A DNA stretch of 64,000 nt, from positions 214,418 to 278,417 of the IMG/VR virus record IMGVR_UViG_3300009784_000001, one strand, 5' to 3'. This document shows positions 30,624 through 39,545 of the stretch, in pieces (the stretch's first letter is position 1; each line of letters begins with the position of its first letter). The stretch is from a virus (lineage: Duplodnaviria > Heunggongvirae > Uroviricota > Caudoviricetes). The position numbers were made by a program, and so were the translations under genes. The notes under the pieces are model-generated. The model had not been told where the DNA came from, made no database searches, and saw only the letters and a program-made list of their open reading frames with translations.

Positions 30624-31418
30624 ATGGAAAAGGATAAAAAAATAGTTGAAAATTATCAAAAAAGGTTTAAACTTTTGAATGAATATTCGTTTTATACTAA
30701 TACATTATCAGAAGAAGGTGAAGAAAATTTACCACCTCAACAAGATATGGGTGGAGGAAATTTACCTGATACTGGTAATCAATCAGGAGGGGAAATGCCA
30801 CAACAAAATCCACAAGGAGATGCTGCACCAATGAGTCAATTACCACAAGATTCACAAGTTCCTCCTCAAAATTCACAAGGAATGGAAGATAATTCGATGC
30901 CTCCTATGGAAGGAGAAAATAACATTGAGGATATTGAAATGGATGATGATAGTAATGTTGAAGAAATAGAGATTACAGATTTAGTAGATACACAAGAACA
31001 AACTCATAATGAAGTACAAGAATTAGATACAAAATTTCAGCAATTTACAGATTTTGCTGAAAAATTAACACAAAAGTTGGATGATGTAATTAGTAAATCA
31101 GAAGAAACAGAAAAACAAATACAAAATCTAGGTCAAGAGATTGTTAAAAGAAATCCTACTGAAGTTGAAACCTTAAATTTACGTTCCCTTCAATCTTTTC
31201 CATTTTCTGAAAAAGTTGATGATTATTGGGAAAAGAAAGCAAAAGAGAATCCTAATTATAATATTATTTCTAATAATGATGTTAATAAAGATAAGGGAGA
31301 ATATGTATTAACTCAAAATGATATTGATTCAGAAACTGGAAATAATTATGATATTTATAAATCTTTTGATGATGATAATACTTTTAATAAAAGTTTATCT
31401 GATTTATTAGATTATTAA
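30624..31418 (+). CDS. Acidic, P/Q-rich coiled-coil protein, possible head scaffold or internal protein
   Basis: RFKLLNEY...LSEE leader, low-complexity P/Q/G linker, coiled coil. Confidence 0.5.
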   Translation: MEKDKKIVENYQKRFKLLNEYSFYTNTLSEEGEENLPPQQDMGGGNLPDTGNQSGGEMPQQNPQGDAAPMSQLPQDSQVPPQNSQGMEDNSMPPMEGENNIEDIEMDDDSNVEEIEITDLVDTQEQTHNEVQELDTKFQQFTDFAEKLTQKLDDVISKSEETEKQIQNLGQEIVKRNPTEVETLNLRSLQSFPFSEKVDDYWEKKAKENPNYNIISNNDVNKDKGEYVLTQNDIDSETGNNYDIYKSFDDDNTFNKSLSDLLDY

Positions 31419-31419
31419 T

Positions 31420-31450
31420 TTTGAATTTTAAAAATAAAAATATATTTTTG
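31420..31450 (+). promoter_or_regulatory. Bacteroidota sigma-A type promoter leading the long intergenic region
   Basis: TTTG (31420-31423), N19, TATTTTTG (31443-31450). Confidence 0.6.
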
Positions 31451-31945
31451 ATAAAAGTGTAATTTGACATCTGTGAAGCGTTTGAAGACAGCAGTTACCA
31501 TTTGAGGGTTATATAGGAGGTAATAAGATTTGCTTGTATAATTTAAGAAAGATGGCTCTCCAATCAATAATCGAAAGATGAATAATGATTGAAATACCAA
31601 CAGCCCTTTTAGACTGATAAAAATATTGAATATATTAAGATCACTTTAGAATTGTCACAAAAAAGGAAGATTTATCTTCTAGGTTGGGGTAAAAGAAAGC
31701 TGGACTGTTCGATGGATTGTAAGGCTTGATAGTTCGTTCTTTGAAAATTTATTATTTTTTAAACAAAAGTCCTTGGAAAGATAGGTTAAATATACCCTTA
31801 TTCGTTTAATGGTGAAAAAATTAAGTCCTTGGAAAGATAGGTTAAACAAAACTGTTCAGACTACATATTATGATGAATCAGTATGGGATAGACAGGGAAA
31901 AAGAAGTATAGATTATATATGCGCAGTGTAATTTTTATATGGTTT
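31451..31945 (+). ncRNA. Candidate large structured non-coding RNA
   Basis: No credible ORF. The promoter is directly upstream, there are multiple hairpins and 5'/3' end complementarity, and the region is visibly more G-rich than other intergenic DNA. Confidence 0.45.
31767..31846. repeat. Two exact 24-bp direct repeats with a 32-bp spacer
   Basis: AAGTCCTTGGAAAGATAGGTTAAA at 31767-31790 and 31823-31846. Confidence 0.9.
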
Positions 31946-32041
31946 GAAAATAATAAAAAATAGAGGAATAGTAATAAAATACTTGAATTATGTTTGTGTT
32001 TATTTATTAATTTAATTACAAATATGTTATATTACATAATG

Positions 32042-32175
32042 TGTATACGCCAGTCTGGTGCAGATTTATAACTTTTTTATAATTGAATTTACAAGTTGTT
32101 ATAGGTGGTTAAATATGGAAAGACCTTTGTTTATGTATACGCCATGACTGGTGCATAAATCTGTAACTTTTTTAT
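32042..32175. repeat. Two ~40-bp imperfect direct repeats
   Basis: TGTATACGCCA-x-TGGTGCA-y-TAACTTTTTTAT at 32042 and 32134. Confidence 0.85.
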
Positions 32176-32241
32176 TGAAGAAAAATGAATAGTTGGTATG
32201 AGATTTCATACTGTGAATAATTAAAAAAAATTAAGAAAGAA

Positions 32242-33306
32242 ATGTACACACAATTTAATCCCACAAGGGAAATGATGGATGCGCTTTATGCGTTGGAAGA
32301 AGAAGATAGAAAAAAGAAAGAAGAAACAAAAAAGAAATTTTTCAAAAAAGTAGAATTTTCAGTTAATCATTATTTGTCAAATAGTTTAAGATTAGAAAAT
32401 AATGAAAAAGAAAAGATTGTTGTGTTTAGACCATTACCATTTATTCTAGAAGATGGTTTTACAACTATGTTTATTAAAGTAGCTGCTCATGCAGTTAAAA
32501 AGGGGAAAGAATTTAATTATTATATTTGCCCCAGACACACCAAAGGGATTGAACATTTTGAATTGGGTAAAGAATGTCCTTTCTGTGAATTAGAAGCTCG
32601 TTTTTTAAGTGAAAAGAAAAATGCTATAACAGAAGAAAAAAAGAAATCTTTTGGAATGGAAGCTATAAAAAATCGTGTTGTTTATCAATGGATAATGAGA
32701 GGAATTGAGAGGGGAAAAGAACAAGATGGGGTAAAATTTTGGAAATTTAATGATGTTACTAAAGGTGGTAATTATGATAGAATTGTTAAACTAGATCAAT
32801 TAAGAAATAAAGAAAGTGTTGAAGCTGGAGATGGAGTATATTCAATTTTTGATTTGGAGAAAGGAAAAGATTTAAATATTCAATTATCTAAAAGCATTAA
32901 TAAAGATGGAAAGGAAGTTGTAACTATTACCTCAATAACTGATTCTGGAAGAGAAACTCCAATTTCAAAAAATGAAGAACAAGGTATGAAATGGCTTACT
33001 GATGATGTTAGATGGTATGATGTTTTTACACCAAAACAATATGATGTTTTAAGAATATTTGCTATGGGCGGCACACCTATGTTTAATAAAGAAGCTAAAG
33101 TATGGACAAATAAAGATGACTTTGACAAAATTAAAAATGCAGGTGGTAATCCTATTTATGATGAAGAAAGTGATGAATGGATAGATGAAAAAGATTATAA
33201 TACCAAACACAATAAAACTTCTGAAATTGACGAAATTGAAAAAATAGAAGAAACTTATTCTAATGTTGTTGAAAATCATAATGAAGAAGATGATTTACCG
33301 TTTTAA
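32242..33306 (+). CDS. Single-stranded DNA-binding protein (T4 gp32-like)
   Basis: FRPLP, H...C...CPFC Zn site, GVKFWKF, GKDL, and an acidic tail ending DDLPF. First gene of the replication block. Confidence 0.8.
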   Translation: MYTQFNPTREMMDALYALEEEDRKKKEETKKKFFKKVEFSVNHYLSNSLRLENNEKEKIVVFRPLPFILEDGFTTMFIKVAAHAVKKGKEFNYYICPRHTKGIEHFELGKECPFCELEARFLSEKKNAITEEKKKSFGMEAIKNRVVYQWIMRGIERGKEQDGVKFWKFNDVTKGGNYDRIVKLDQLRNKESVEAGDGVYSIFDLEKGKDLNIQLSKSINKDGKEVVTITSITDSGRETPISKNEEQGMKWLTDDVRWYDVFTPKQYDVLRIFAMGGTPMFNKEAKVWTNKDDFDKIKNAGGNPIYDEESDEWIDEKDYNTKHNKTSEIDEIEKIEETYSNVVENHNEEDDLPF

Positions 33307-33334
33307 TTTTTTAATTTAATATTGTTACGTTTTT

Positions 33335-33913
33335 ATGGCAAAACTTGTATTTAAGTTTGGAAGCATGGGAAGCAGAAAGACTGCTAATCTTCTTATTCAA
33401 GCATATGACTTTGATGAGAAAGATATAAATTTTCTTTGTATGAAACCTGGTATTGATAATAGAAATGGTATTAATATTATTAAATCTAGGATACCAGGTT
33501 TACAAAGGGAATGTATAACTATTTACGAAAATAGTGATATTTTTGAAGCTATTTCATCTGTAATGAATAGTTTAGATTCAGATAATCCAATACAATATAT
33601 ATTAATTGATGAAGCACAATTTTTATCTTCCAAACAAGTTGATCAAATTGTTAAAATAGTTGATGATTTGAATATTAATATATTTTGTTATGGACTTCGT
33701 ACTAATTTTCAAACACACTTATTTGATGGTTCAAAGCGTTTATTTGAAATGGCAGATAAACTTGAAGAATTTGATACTATTTGTGAATGTGGAGAAATGG
33801 CTATTATAAATGCACGAATTGATAATAATGGCAATGTAGTAAAAGAAGGTGAAGAAATTGAAATAGGTTATGATTATATAACTGTATGTAGAAAATGTTA
33901 TGGAAAAATGTAA
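33335..33913 (+). CDS. tdk: Thymidine kinase
   Basis: G-x-M-x-S-x-KT, KPGIDNR, IDEAQFL, YGLRTNF, C-x-CG ... CRKC. Confidence 0.92.
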   Translation: MAKLVFKFGSMGSRKTANLLIQAYDFDEKDINFLCMKPGIDNRNGINIIKSRIPGLQRECITIYENSDIFEAISSVMNSLDSDNPIQYILIDEAQFLSSKQVDQIVKIVDDLNINIFCYGLRTNFQTHLFDGSKRLFEMADKLEEFDTICECGEMAIINARIDNNGNVVKEGEEIEIGYDYITVCRKCYGKM

Positions 33914-33925
33914 AATAAAAAAATT

Positions 33926-34213
33926 ATGGAAAAATTAATATTAGTATTTTATATAGATATTGGAGCGATTGATAGTTCTGATATATATCAATTTATGAAA
34001 GAGGTATCAGAGAATTTGAAAGATGAAGAATGTAAACAATTTTTCATTCCTATTATGGGAAATGGAACTAAAACAAAAATTGAATGTCTTAATCCAAAGT
34101 TATTGAGTGAGAATGAATATGAAGATGTAAGAAAAAAATTAGAATATATAACAAATAAATACGAAGAATTATATGGTAAAACAACCAGTACCAGCCAAGA
34201 AAAAAAGTGCTGA
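33926..34213 (+). CDS. Hypothetical protein
   Basis: ILVFYIDIG...FFIP...KIECLNP. Packed in the operon. Confidence 0.65.
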   Translation: MEKLILVFYIDIGAIDSSDIYQFMKEVSENLKDEECKQFFIPIMGNGTKTKIECLNPKLLSENEYEDVRKKLEYITNKYEELYGKTTSTSQEKKC

Positions 34214-35339
34214 TGATTTTAAAAAAATATCTAATTTAGATAAATTAGAAATAGTCAATAAATTAAAAGAAGAAAATAATTTAAATGGTGTAAAAGATAA
34301 AGAATTGGAATGGTATATTTTTCCAGAAGCCTTTGAAGAATCTGTTAAATTACCTGGTGTTCCAAAAGGCTTTTTTACAATTTTTAGGGGAAAAAGTAAT
34401 ACAGGAAAAAGTACTGCTAAAATTCATGCGATTGTAGAAGCACAGAGGCAAGGTGATTTACCAATTATATATGAAACAGAATCTAATTTTCCTTGGGATC
34501 ATGCAAAAATGATGGGTATGGAATTTGAAGAAGTATGGGGTGATGTAATTGATGAAGAAACTGGTGAAACTATTAAAAAAGTAATTGATCACACAGGTTT
34601 TTTTATTTTTTATGATAATCAAAAATTATTTGAAAAATATGGGAATATAGATCATACAACAGGCGAAAGGAAAAAAATTCCAACAAGAAGAGTTCCAGTT
34701 ATTGAAGATATTGCTTATTCAATGAATGAATATAGAGATATGCAAGAAGATGGGAAATTACCTATGAATATTGTTTGTATATGGGATTCTGTTGGTTCTA
34801 TAATTTCATATAAATCAGCAACAGCTAAAGTTATTAATGCGATGTATGATGCAGGAGCAATTAATTTATGCTTCAAATCATTAATAAATAATAGAATTCC
34901 TTCTTCAAGGAAGGAAACTTCTCAATATTATATGACATTTATTGCAATTAATAAAGTTTGGATAGATAATATGCAAATGGGAGGTCCGCAAGTTAAAAAT
35001 TCAAATGGTGAAAGTTTTTATTATGGAGCTCGTTTAATTGTTCATATGGGAGGTATTATGTCTGCTTCAGTTGAAAAGTTAAAAGCAACATCACTTGGAG
35101 ATACTTATTATTATGGTACTCAAACAAAGATAAAAGTAGAAAAAAATCAAGTAAATGATATTACTTATGAAGGTAAAATTGCTTGCACTCCCCATGGATT
35201 TTGGTCGCCAGATAAATTAGAAGAATATAAAAAGAAAAACGCAAAATTTTTACTTGGAAGAATAGGACAATTATCTGGAGGTAAAGAATTTGATGAGAAT
35301 AGTGAAATTGAATTGGGTAGTGAAGAAAGTGATGATTAA
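34173..35339 (+). CDS. uvsX: RecA/UvsX-like recombinase
   Basis: G-V-PKG, Walker A GKSNTGKST, ETE, Walker B WDSVGS, K-x-EKN. Confidence 0.85.
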   Translation: MVKQPVPAKKKSADDFKKISNLDKLEIVNKLKEENNLNGVKDKELEWYIFPEAFEESVKLPGVPKGFFTIFRGKSNTGKSTAKIHAIVEAQRQGDLPIIYETESNFPWDHAKMMGMEFEEVWGDVIDEETGETIKKVIDHTGFFIFYDNQKLFEKYGNIDHTTGERKKIPTRRVPVIEDIAYSMNEYRDMQEDGKLPMNIVCIWDSVGSIISYKSATAKVINAMYDAGAINLCFKSLINNRIPSSRKETSQYYMTFIAINKVWIDNMQMGGPQVKNSNGESFYYGARLIVHMGGIMSASVEKLKATSLGDTYYYGTQTKIKVEKNQVNDITYEGKIACTPHGFWSPDKLEEYKKKNAKFLLGRIGQLSGGKEFDENSEIELGSEESDD

Positions 35340-35351
35340 GAATGAAAAGTT

Positions 35352-35552
35352 ATGGCTAAAAGATTATTTAGAGAACCTTCAATAGAAACAAGGCAAAAAA
35401 TGAGCGCAAAAAAGAGTGGTAGTAATAACCCAAATTATGGTAAACCAAGAGATGAGAAAACAAAGAAAACTATTTCAGAAAAACTAACCGCATATTGGGC
35501 ATTATTACCAACCAAAGAAGAGTATGAAAAAAGTTTGTTGAATAAAGAGTAA
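35352..35552 (+). CDS. Stand-alone NUMOD3 DNA-binding protein
   Basis: SIETRQKMSAKKSGSNNPNYGKPRDEKTKKTISE. No nuclease domain. Confidence 0.75.
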   Translation: MAKRLFREPSIETRQKMSAKKSGSNNPNYGKPRDEKTKKTISEKLTAYWALLPTKEEYEKSLLNKE

Positions 35553-35557
35553 AAAAT

Positions 35558-36706
35558 ATGCAACAACCAATAAAAAAAGAAGTACTTGATAATGGAATTA
35601 AGATAAAAGAAGATCCATTTTACACATTACTTTTGGACGGGACTTCACTTTTGAAAGTATGTATGGCTGATCCTACATTAAACGAAAATGGTAAATTAGT
35701 AGGTCCAATATTTCAATTTCTTCTTCAAGTTAAAATACTTATGAATAAGAGAAATTTCAAACATTGTTATTGCTTTTGGGATTGTTCTTTGTCAGGTTTA
35801 CTTAGATACAATTGTTATTCTGATTACAAAAAAAATAGAGATAAATCTTACTCTGAATATGATCAACAATTAAAAGCATTTACAAAAAAGGTTTTATCTT
35901 ATTCAGAAAAGACGGATAAGCAAAATAAAATAGATAATGAAAGAAAGCAATTTGAAGAATTAAAATTAGTTCTTCATTTGATTTTAGAAGAATTATATGT
36001 TCGTCAGGTATGGGATGAAGAAGGAACAGAAGCAGATGATTTAATAGCTTATTATTGTTTGAACAAATTGCCAAATGAGAAAATTTATATTATTAGTAGG
36101 GATAATGATTTAACCCAGCTTATAGATGAAAATATTTGTATATATCAACCTACTGAAAAATTGTTTTTACATAAAGGTAATTTTCAACAAATAAAAGGAA
36201 TCCCAGTTGAAAATGTAGTACTTAAAAAGATATTAACTGGAGATGTTTCTGACAATATAAAAGGTATAAAAGGTTTAGGCGAAAAAACTTTATATGAATT
36301 ATTTCCTGATATAAAGAAAAAACCTATTACACTTGATTATATTTTTGATACTGCTAAATTAATAAATGAACAAAGATTACAAAATAAACCAAAACAAAAA
36401 CCTTTATCAGTATGTGATAATATTTTAAATAAAGTTACAGATGGAGTACAAGGAAATGAAGTTTATGAAATAAATGAGAAAATAATTAATTTGAAAAATC
36501 CATTATTAACTAATTCAATAAAAGAAGAAATGGATAATCTAATACATATTCCAATAGACCCAGAGGGAAGGAGTATGGAAAATTTATATCAGATAATAGT
36601 TAATAATAAAATACAGGATTTAATGGGTAATAAATTTTCAATTTTTTTTTCAACATATAAAAAATTGATTGATAATGAACTATTATTTTTTAATGAAAAT
36701 ATTTGA
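35558..36706 (+). CDS. 5'-3' exonuclease / flap endonuclease (T4 RNase H / Pol I N-terminal-like)
   Basis: LLDG, WD, YKKNR, EADDLIAY, SRDNDL, GDVSDNIKGIKGLGEKT. Confidence 0.92.
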   Translation: MQQPIKKEVLDNGIKIKEDPFYTLLLDGTSLLKVCMADPTLNENGKLVGPIFQFLLQVKILMNKRNFKHCYCFWDCSLSGLLRYNCYSDYKKNRDKSYSEYDQQLKAFTKKVLSYSEKTDKQNKIDNERKQFEELKLVLHLILEELYVRQVWDEEGTEADDLIAYYCLNKLPNEKIYIISRDNDLTQLIDENICIYQPTEKLFLHKGNFQQIKGIPVENVVLKKILTGDVSDNIKGIKGLGEKTLYELFPDIKKKPITLDYIFDTAKLINEQRLQNKPKQKPLSVCDNILNKVTDGVQGNEVYEINEKIINLKNPLLTNSIKEEMDNLIHIPIDPEGRSMENLYQIIVNNKIQDLMGNKFSIFFSTYKKLIDNELLFFNENI

Positions 36707-36791
36707 TATATGTGTTGTAAAATATTAATAAAAAATATATTTTAGTTATATTATAAAAAATGAATGTTTAACTATTAAAAAGAATTTAAAA

Positions 36792-37565
36792 ATGGATATT
36801 AAAGATAAAAATGTGGTATTGAATAATAAAAGTAGCGTTCCTTTAGATTACAAAAATTTTGATTATGAATTTTTATTTAAAATAAATGATGATATTATAT
36901 GTCAGAGATTATTTGATATAAGATTTTTTGATAATAGTTCAATTAGAAGTTTTGATCTAAAATATGCTATTGATGAAATAGTAGAACTTATAAATGATGA
37001 TTTAAAAAGTAAAACAAGAATTTATATGTTTAATATGTGTTATTCAAGAGATAATGAAAAACAGGAAAAAGGAAATAAAATTGTTTTAATAAGTGGAGTA
37101 AGAGGTAATGGAGAAGAAGTTATTGTAGATTATAATGATATGTGGGTGTATCTAGAAAAATCTCCTGAATTTATTCCTATTAAAAATGAAAAAAGTGTAT
37201 ATGAAACATATTTAAAAAATGGTTTTTATACTAATAATAAAGGAGAAAAAACAGAAGTTACGGGCTTTTATAATAGACCAAAAATGGTTAATGGAATAAA
37301 AACATATTTACATGATTATGAAAATCAATTTTCTTTTTCATTTAAAATAAAAGGAAAACCAGTTATTACAAAGATATGGTCAGCAGATGATTATCCTACT
37401 TTTGTTCGTTCTAGTGTTGATATAGCTAATAAAAAAGTGTATATAGGAGTAAATGAATCTCAATCAAGCTATGAATTAAGAAAAAAAATGTTTGAGAATA
37501 GAGAAGATTTAATTCCTAAAATTATTTCAATTTTTAGAGATACTTGTTCAAAAGTAAAATTTTAA
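36792..37565 (+). CDS. Hypothetical protein
   Basis: INDDIICQRLF...YPTFVRSSVDI. Directly before the helicase. Confidence 0.65.
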   Translation: MDIKDKNVVLNNKSSVPLDYKNFDYEFLFKINDDIICQRLFDIRFFDNSSIRSFDLKYAIDEIVELINDDLKSKTRIYMFNMCYSRDNEKQEKGNKIVLISGVRGNGEEVIVDYNDMWVYLEKSPEFIPIKNEKSVYETYLKNGFYTNNKGEKTEVTGFYNRPKMVNGIKTYLHDYENQFSFSFKIKGKPVITKIWSADDYPTFVRSSVDIANKKVYIGVNESQSSYELRKKMFENREDLIPKIISIFRDTCSKVKF

Positions 37566-37573
37566 TTAAACAA

Positions 37574-39028
37574 ATGAATAAAAGTAAAGGAAGAACGGAT
37601 CTAGCTTATTTAGGAGAAGATTTTCAGTTTAAACTTATTAAAGCATTTATGGATGATAATGATTTATTCAAAGAATTACTTCCATTTATAGATCAAAACT
37701 GTTTTACAATTTCAAATTTAAAAGTTATAGTTGGTTTTTTGAAAGAATTTTTTGAAAAACAAAATTATATCCCATCCTATGAATTATTATCTATTCAATT
37801 ATCTAATTTTATTAAAAATGGCATAGAATTGGAAGAAATAAGAGAAACTATTAAAGAAATTAAGAAAACTTCTGTTGAAGGTGCTGACTTAATTAAAAAA
37901 GATGGCATTAAGTTTTTTAGACAACAACAATTTTTAAGACTATTTAAAGAAGGCATAGAATATTTGGAAAAAGGAATTGATATTGAAGAGACTGATGTTG
38001 AAACTAAACTTCAAAAAACGATGAATATTGGTAAAACAGAAAAAATATGGGGTACTGTTTTTGAAGATTTGGAAAATACATTATCAGAAGAAGAAGATAT
38101 AAGAATTCCATTGGGCGTTCCAGAAATAGATGAATATTTAGAAGGAGGTTTTATAAAAGGTAATTTAGCTGTTGTTGCGGCAGGAACAGGTGTTGGTAAA
38201 ACTACCATTAGCAGTACTTTAGCTGCAAATGCTGCTACTTATAAATGTGAAAAAAATAATTATGAAGGATTTAAAGTTTTACAAATATTTTTTGAAGATA
38301 AGTTTAAAGCCATAAGAAAAAAACATTTTGGAAAGATAACTGGAATAGAAGCACGTAATTTGAGTAAAAAAGAATATGTAGATTTGGTTAAAGAACATCT
38401 TTCAAATTATGAAGATAAGGAATTATTAGAAAAAAATCTTAAGTTAGGAAAATTTAGAACAGGTGAATTAACAGTATCTCAATTAAAAAATTATATTAAA
38501 AATGTAACTCAATCTGGTTTTAAACCAGATGTTATTTTGATTGATTATTTTGAATGTTTACTCAGCCCTAAACTTAATACTAAAAGTAGTGAATGGACAG
38601 GAGAAACTGCTAGGATGCGTGAATTAGAAAATTTAACTGATGATTTTAATGCACTTGTTGTGATTACAACTCAAGGAACAAAAGAAACAGCACAAGGTAT
38701 GTTAATGACACTTGATAAGATTTCTGGTTCAGCAGGAAAAGGGCAAGTGGCCCATATAGTTCTTTCAATAAGTAAAACTAATAAGGATAAGGATGAAGAT
38801 AGAGCAACTATATATATACCCAAATTTAGAGAAGGTAAAAGTGGGAAATCATTTAGTTGTTATTTTAATAATGGGACATGCGAAATAAAAGTTGAAGAAA
38901 TATTTGATAATCTTGATGAACTATTTAAAAATCAAAACAAAGATACAGATAAATTAAATAAAGAAATACAAAATGAAGTTTTAAGAAATACAAGTAAAAA
39001 ACAATTTAACCAGGAAGTACCATTTTGA
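37574..39028 (+). CDS. dnaB: Replicative DNA helicase (DnaB / T4 gp41-like)
   Basis: Walker A GTGVGKT, FFE, IDY, TQ, KFREG. The in-frame ATG at 37574 is preferred as start. Confidence 0.9.
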   Translation: MNKSKGRTDLAYLGEDFQFKLIKAFMDDNDLFKELLPFIDQNCFTISNLKVIVGFLKEFFEKQNYIPSYELLSIQLSNFIKNGIELEEIRETIKEIKKTSVEGADLIKKDGIKFFRQQQFLRLFKEGIEYLEKGIDIEETDVETKLQKTMNIGKTEKIWGTVFEDLENTLSEEEDIRIPLGVPEIDEYLEGGFIKGNLAVVAAGTGVGKTTISSTLAANAATYKCEKNNYEGFKVLQIFFEDKFKAIRKKHFGKITGIEARNLSKKEYVDLVKEHLSNYEDKELLEKNLKLGKFRTGELTVSQLKNYIKNVTQSGFKPDVILIDYFECLLSPKLNTKSSEWTGETARMRELENLTDDFNALVVITTQGTKETAQGMLMTLDKISGSAGKGQVAHIVLSISKTNKDKDEDRATIYIPKFREGKSGKSFSCYFNNGTCEIKVEEIFDNLDELFKNQNKDTDKLNKEIQNEVLRNTSKKQFNQEVPF

Positions 39029-39061
39029 TTATAGTATAAAAAGATTTTTTTAAACTCTTGG

Positions 39062-39098
39062 AATGACTTATTTGTGAAAATAGGTCATTTTTTATTTT
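39062..39098 (+). terminator. Terminator of the replication block
   Basis: AATGACTTATTT-GTGA-AAATAGGTCATT followed by a T run. Confidence 0.8.
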
Positions 39099-39156
39099 AA
39101 ACTATTGATTTTGAAAATATATTTTTTAATATTTATAATAACAAAAGTATAATAGA

Positions 39157-39543
39157 ATGGCGACTAAAAAATATTATTCTATAAATTTTCCATTTACGGC
39201 TGATGCTCCTGAAAACTTTTATGTTGATTTAGCTTCTGATCCTTATGTAGGTATAAAACAGGATTTGATGCATTTATTATTTACACCAAAAGGGCAAAGG
39301 TTACGAAATCCTGATTTTGGTACTAATTTAATGAGACAAATTTTTGAACCAAATGATGATGTAACATTTGGTGATATTAAGATAGAAATGCAAACAGTTA
39401 TTTCTAAATATTTCCCTAATGTTAGTATTACTACATTAGATGTTATTCCAGATGCAGAAAATAGGAGTGTAACTATTAATTTAGCTTATGATATAAATCA
39501 AGGCAATTTTACTGTTCAAGATCAAATAAATTATAGTTTATAA
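39157..39543 (+). CDS. Baseplate wedge protein, gp25/GPW-like
   Basis: INFPF...LLFTPKGQRLRNPDFGT.L....FEP. Confidence 0.92.
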   Translation: MATKKYYSINFPFTADAPENFYVDLASDPYVGIKQDLMHLLFTPKGQRLRNPDFGTNLMRQIFEPNDDVTFGDIKIEMQTVISKYFPNVSITTLDVIPDAENRSVTINLAYDINQGNFTVQDQINYSL

Positions 39544-39545
39544 TT

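Noticed and set aside
31767-31846. Bona fide CRISPR array
   Set aside because: Only two repeats, no cas genes and no canonical repeat end. Kept only as a hypothesis in the findings.
31420-32241. tRNA, tmRNA or RNase P gene, and the 61-aa - strand ORF 31415-31600
   Set aside because: No cloverleaf or T-arm plus acceptor stem, and no tmRNA or RNase P signature ends. The ORF is short, motif-free and antisense to the promoter.
33356-33385. Inactivated thymidine kinase (SRKT instead of SGKT in the P-loop)
   Set aside because: The Lys-Thr and all other motifs are intact, so there is insufficient evidence for loss of function.
32242-39028. Inteins or group I introns in the replication genes
   Set aside because: Protein lengths are normal, and I see no intein terminal motifs or interrupted frames.
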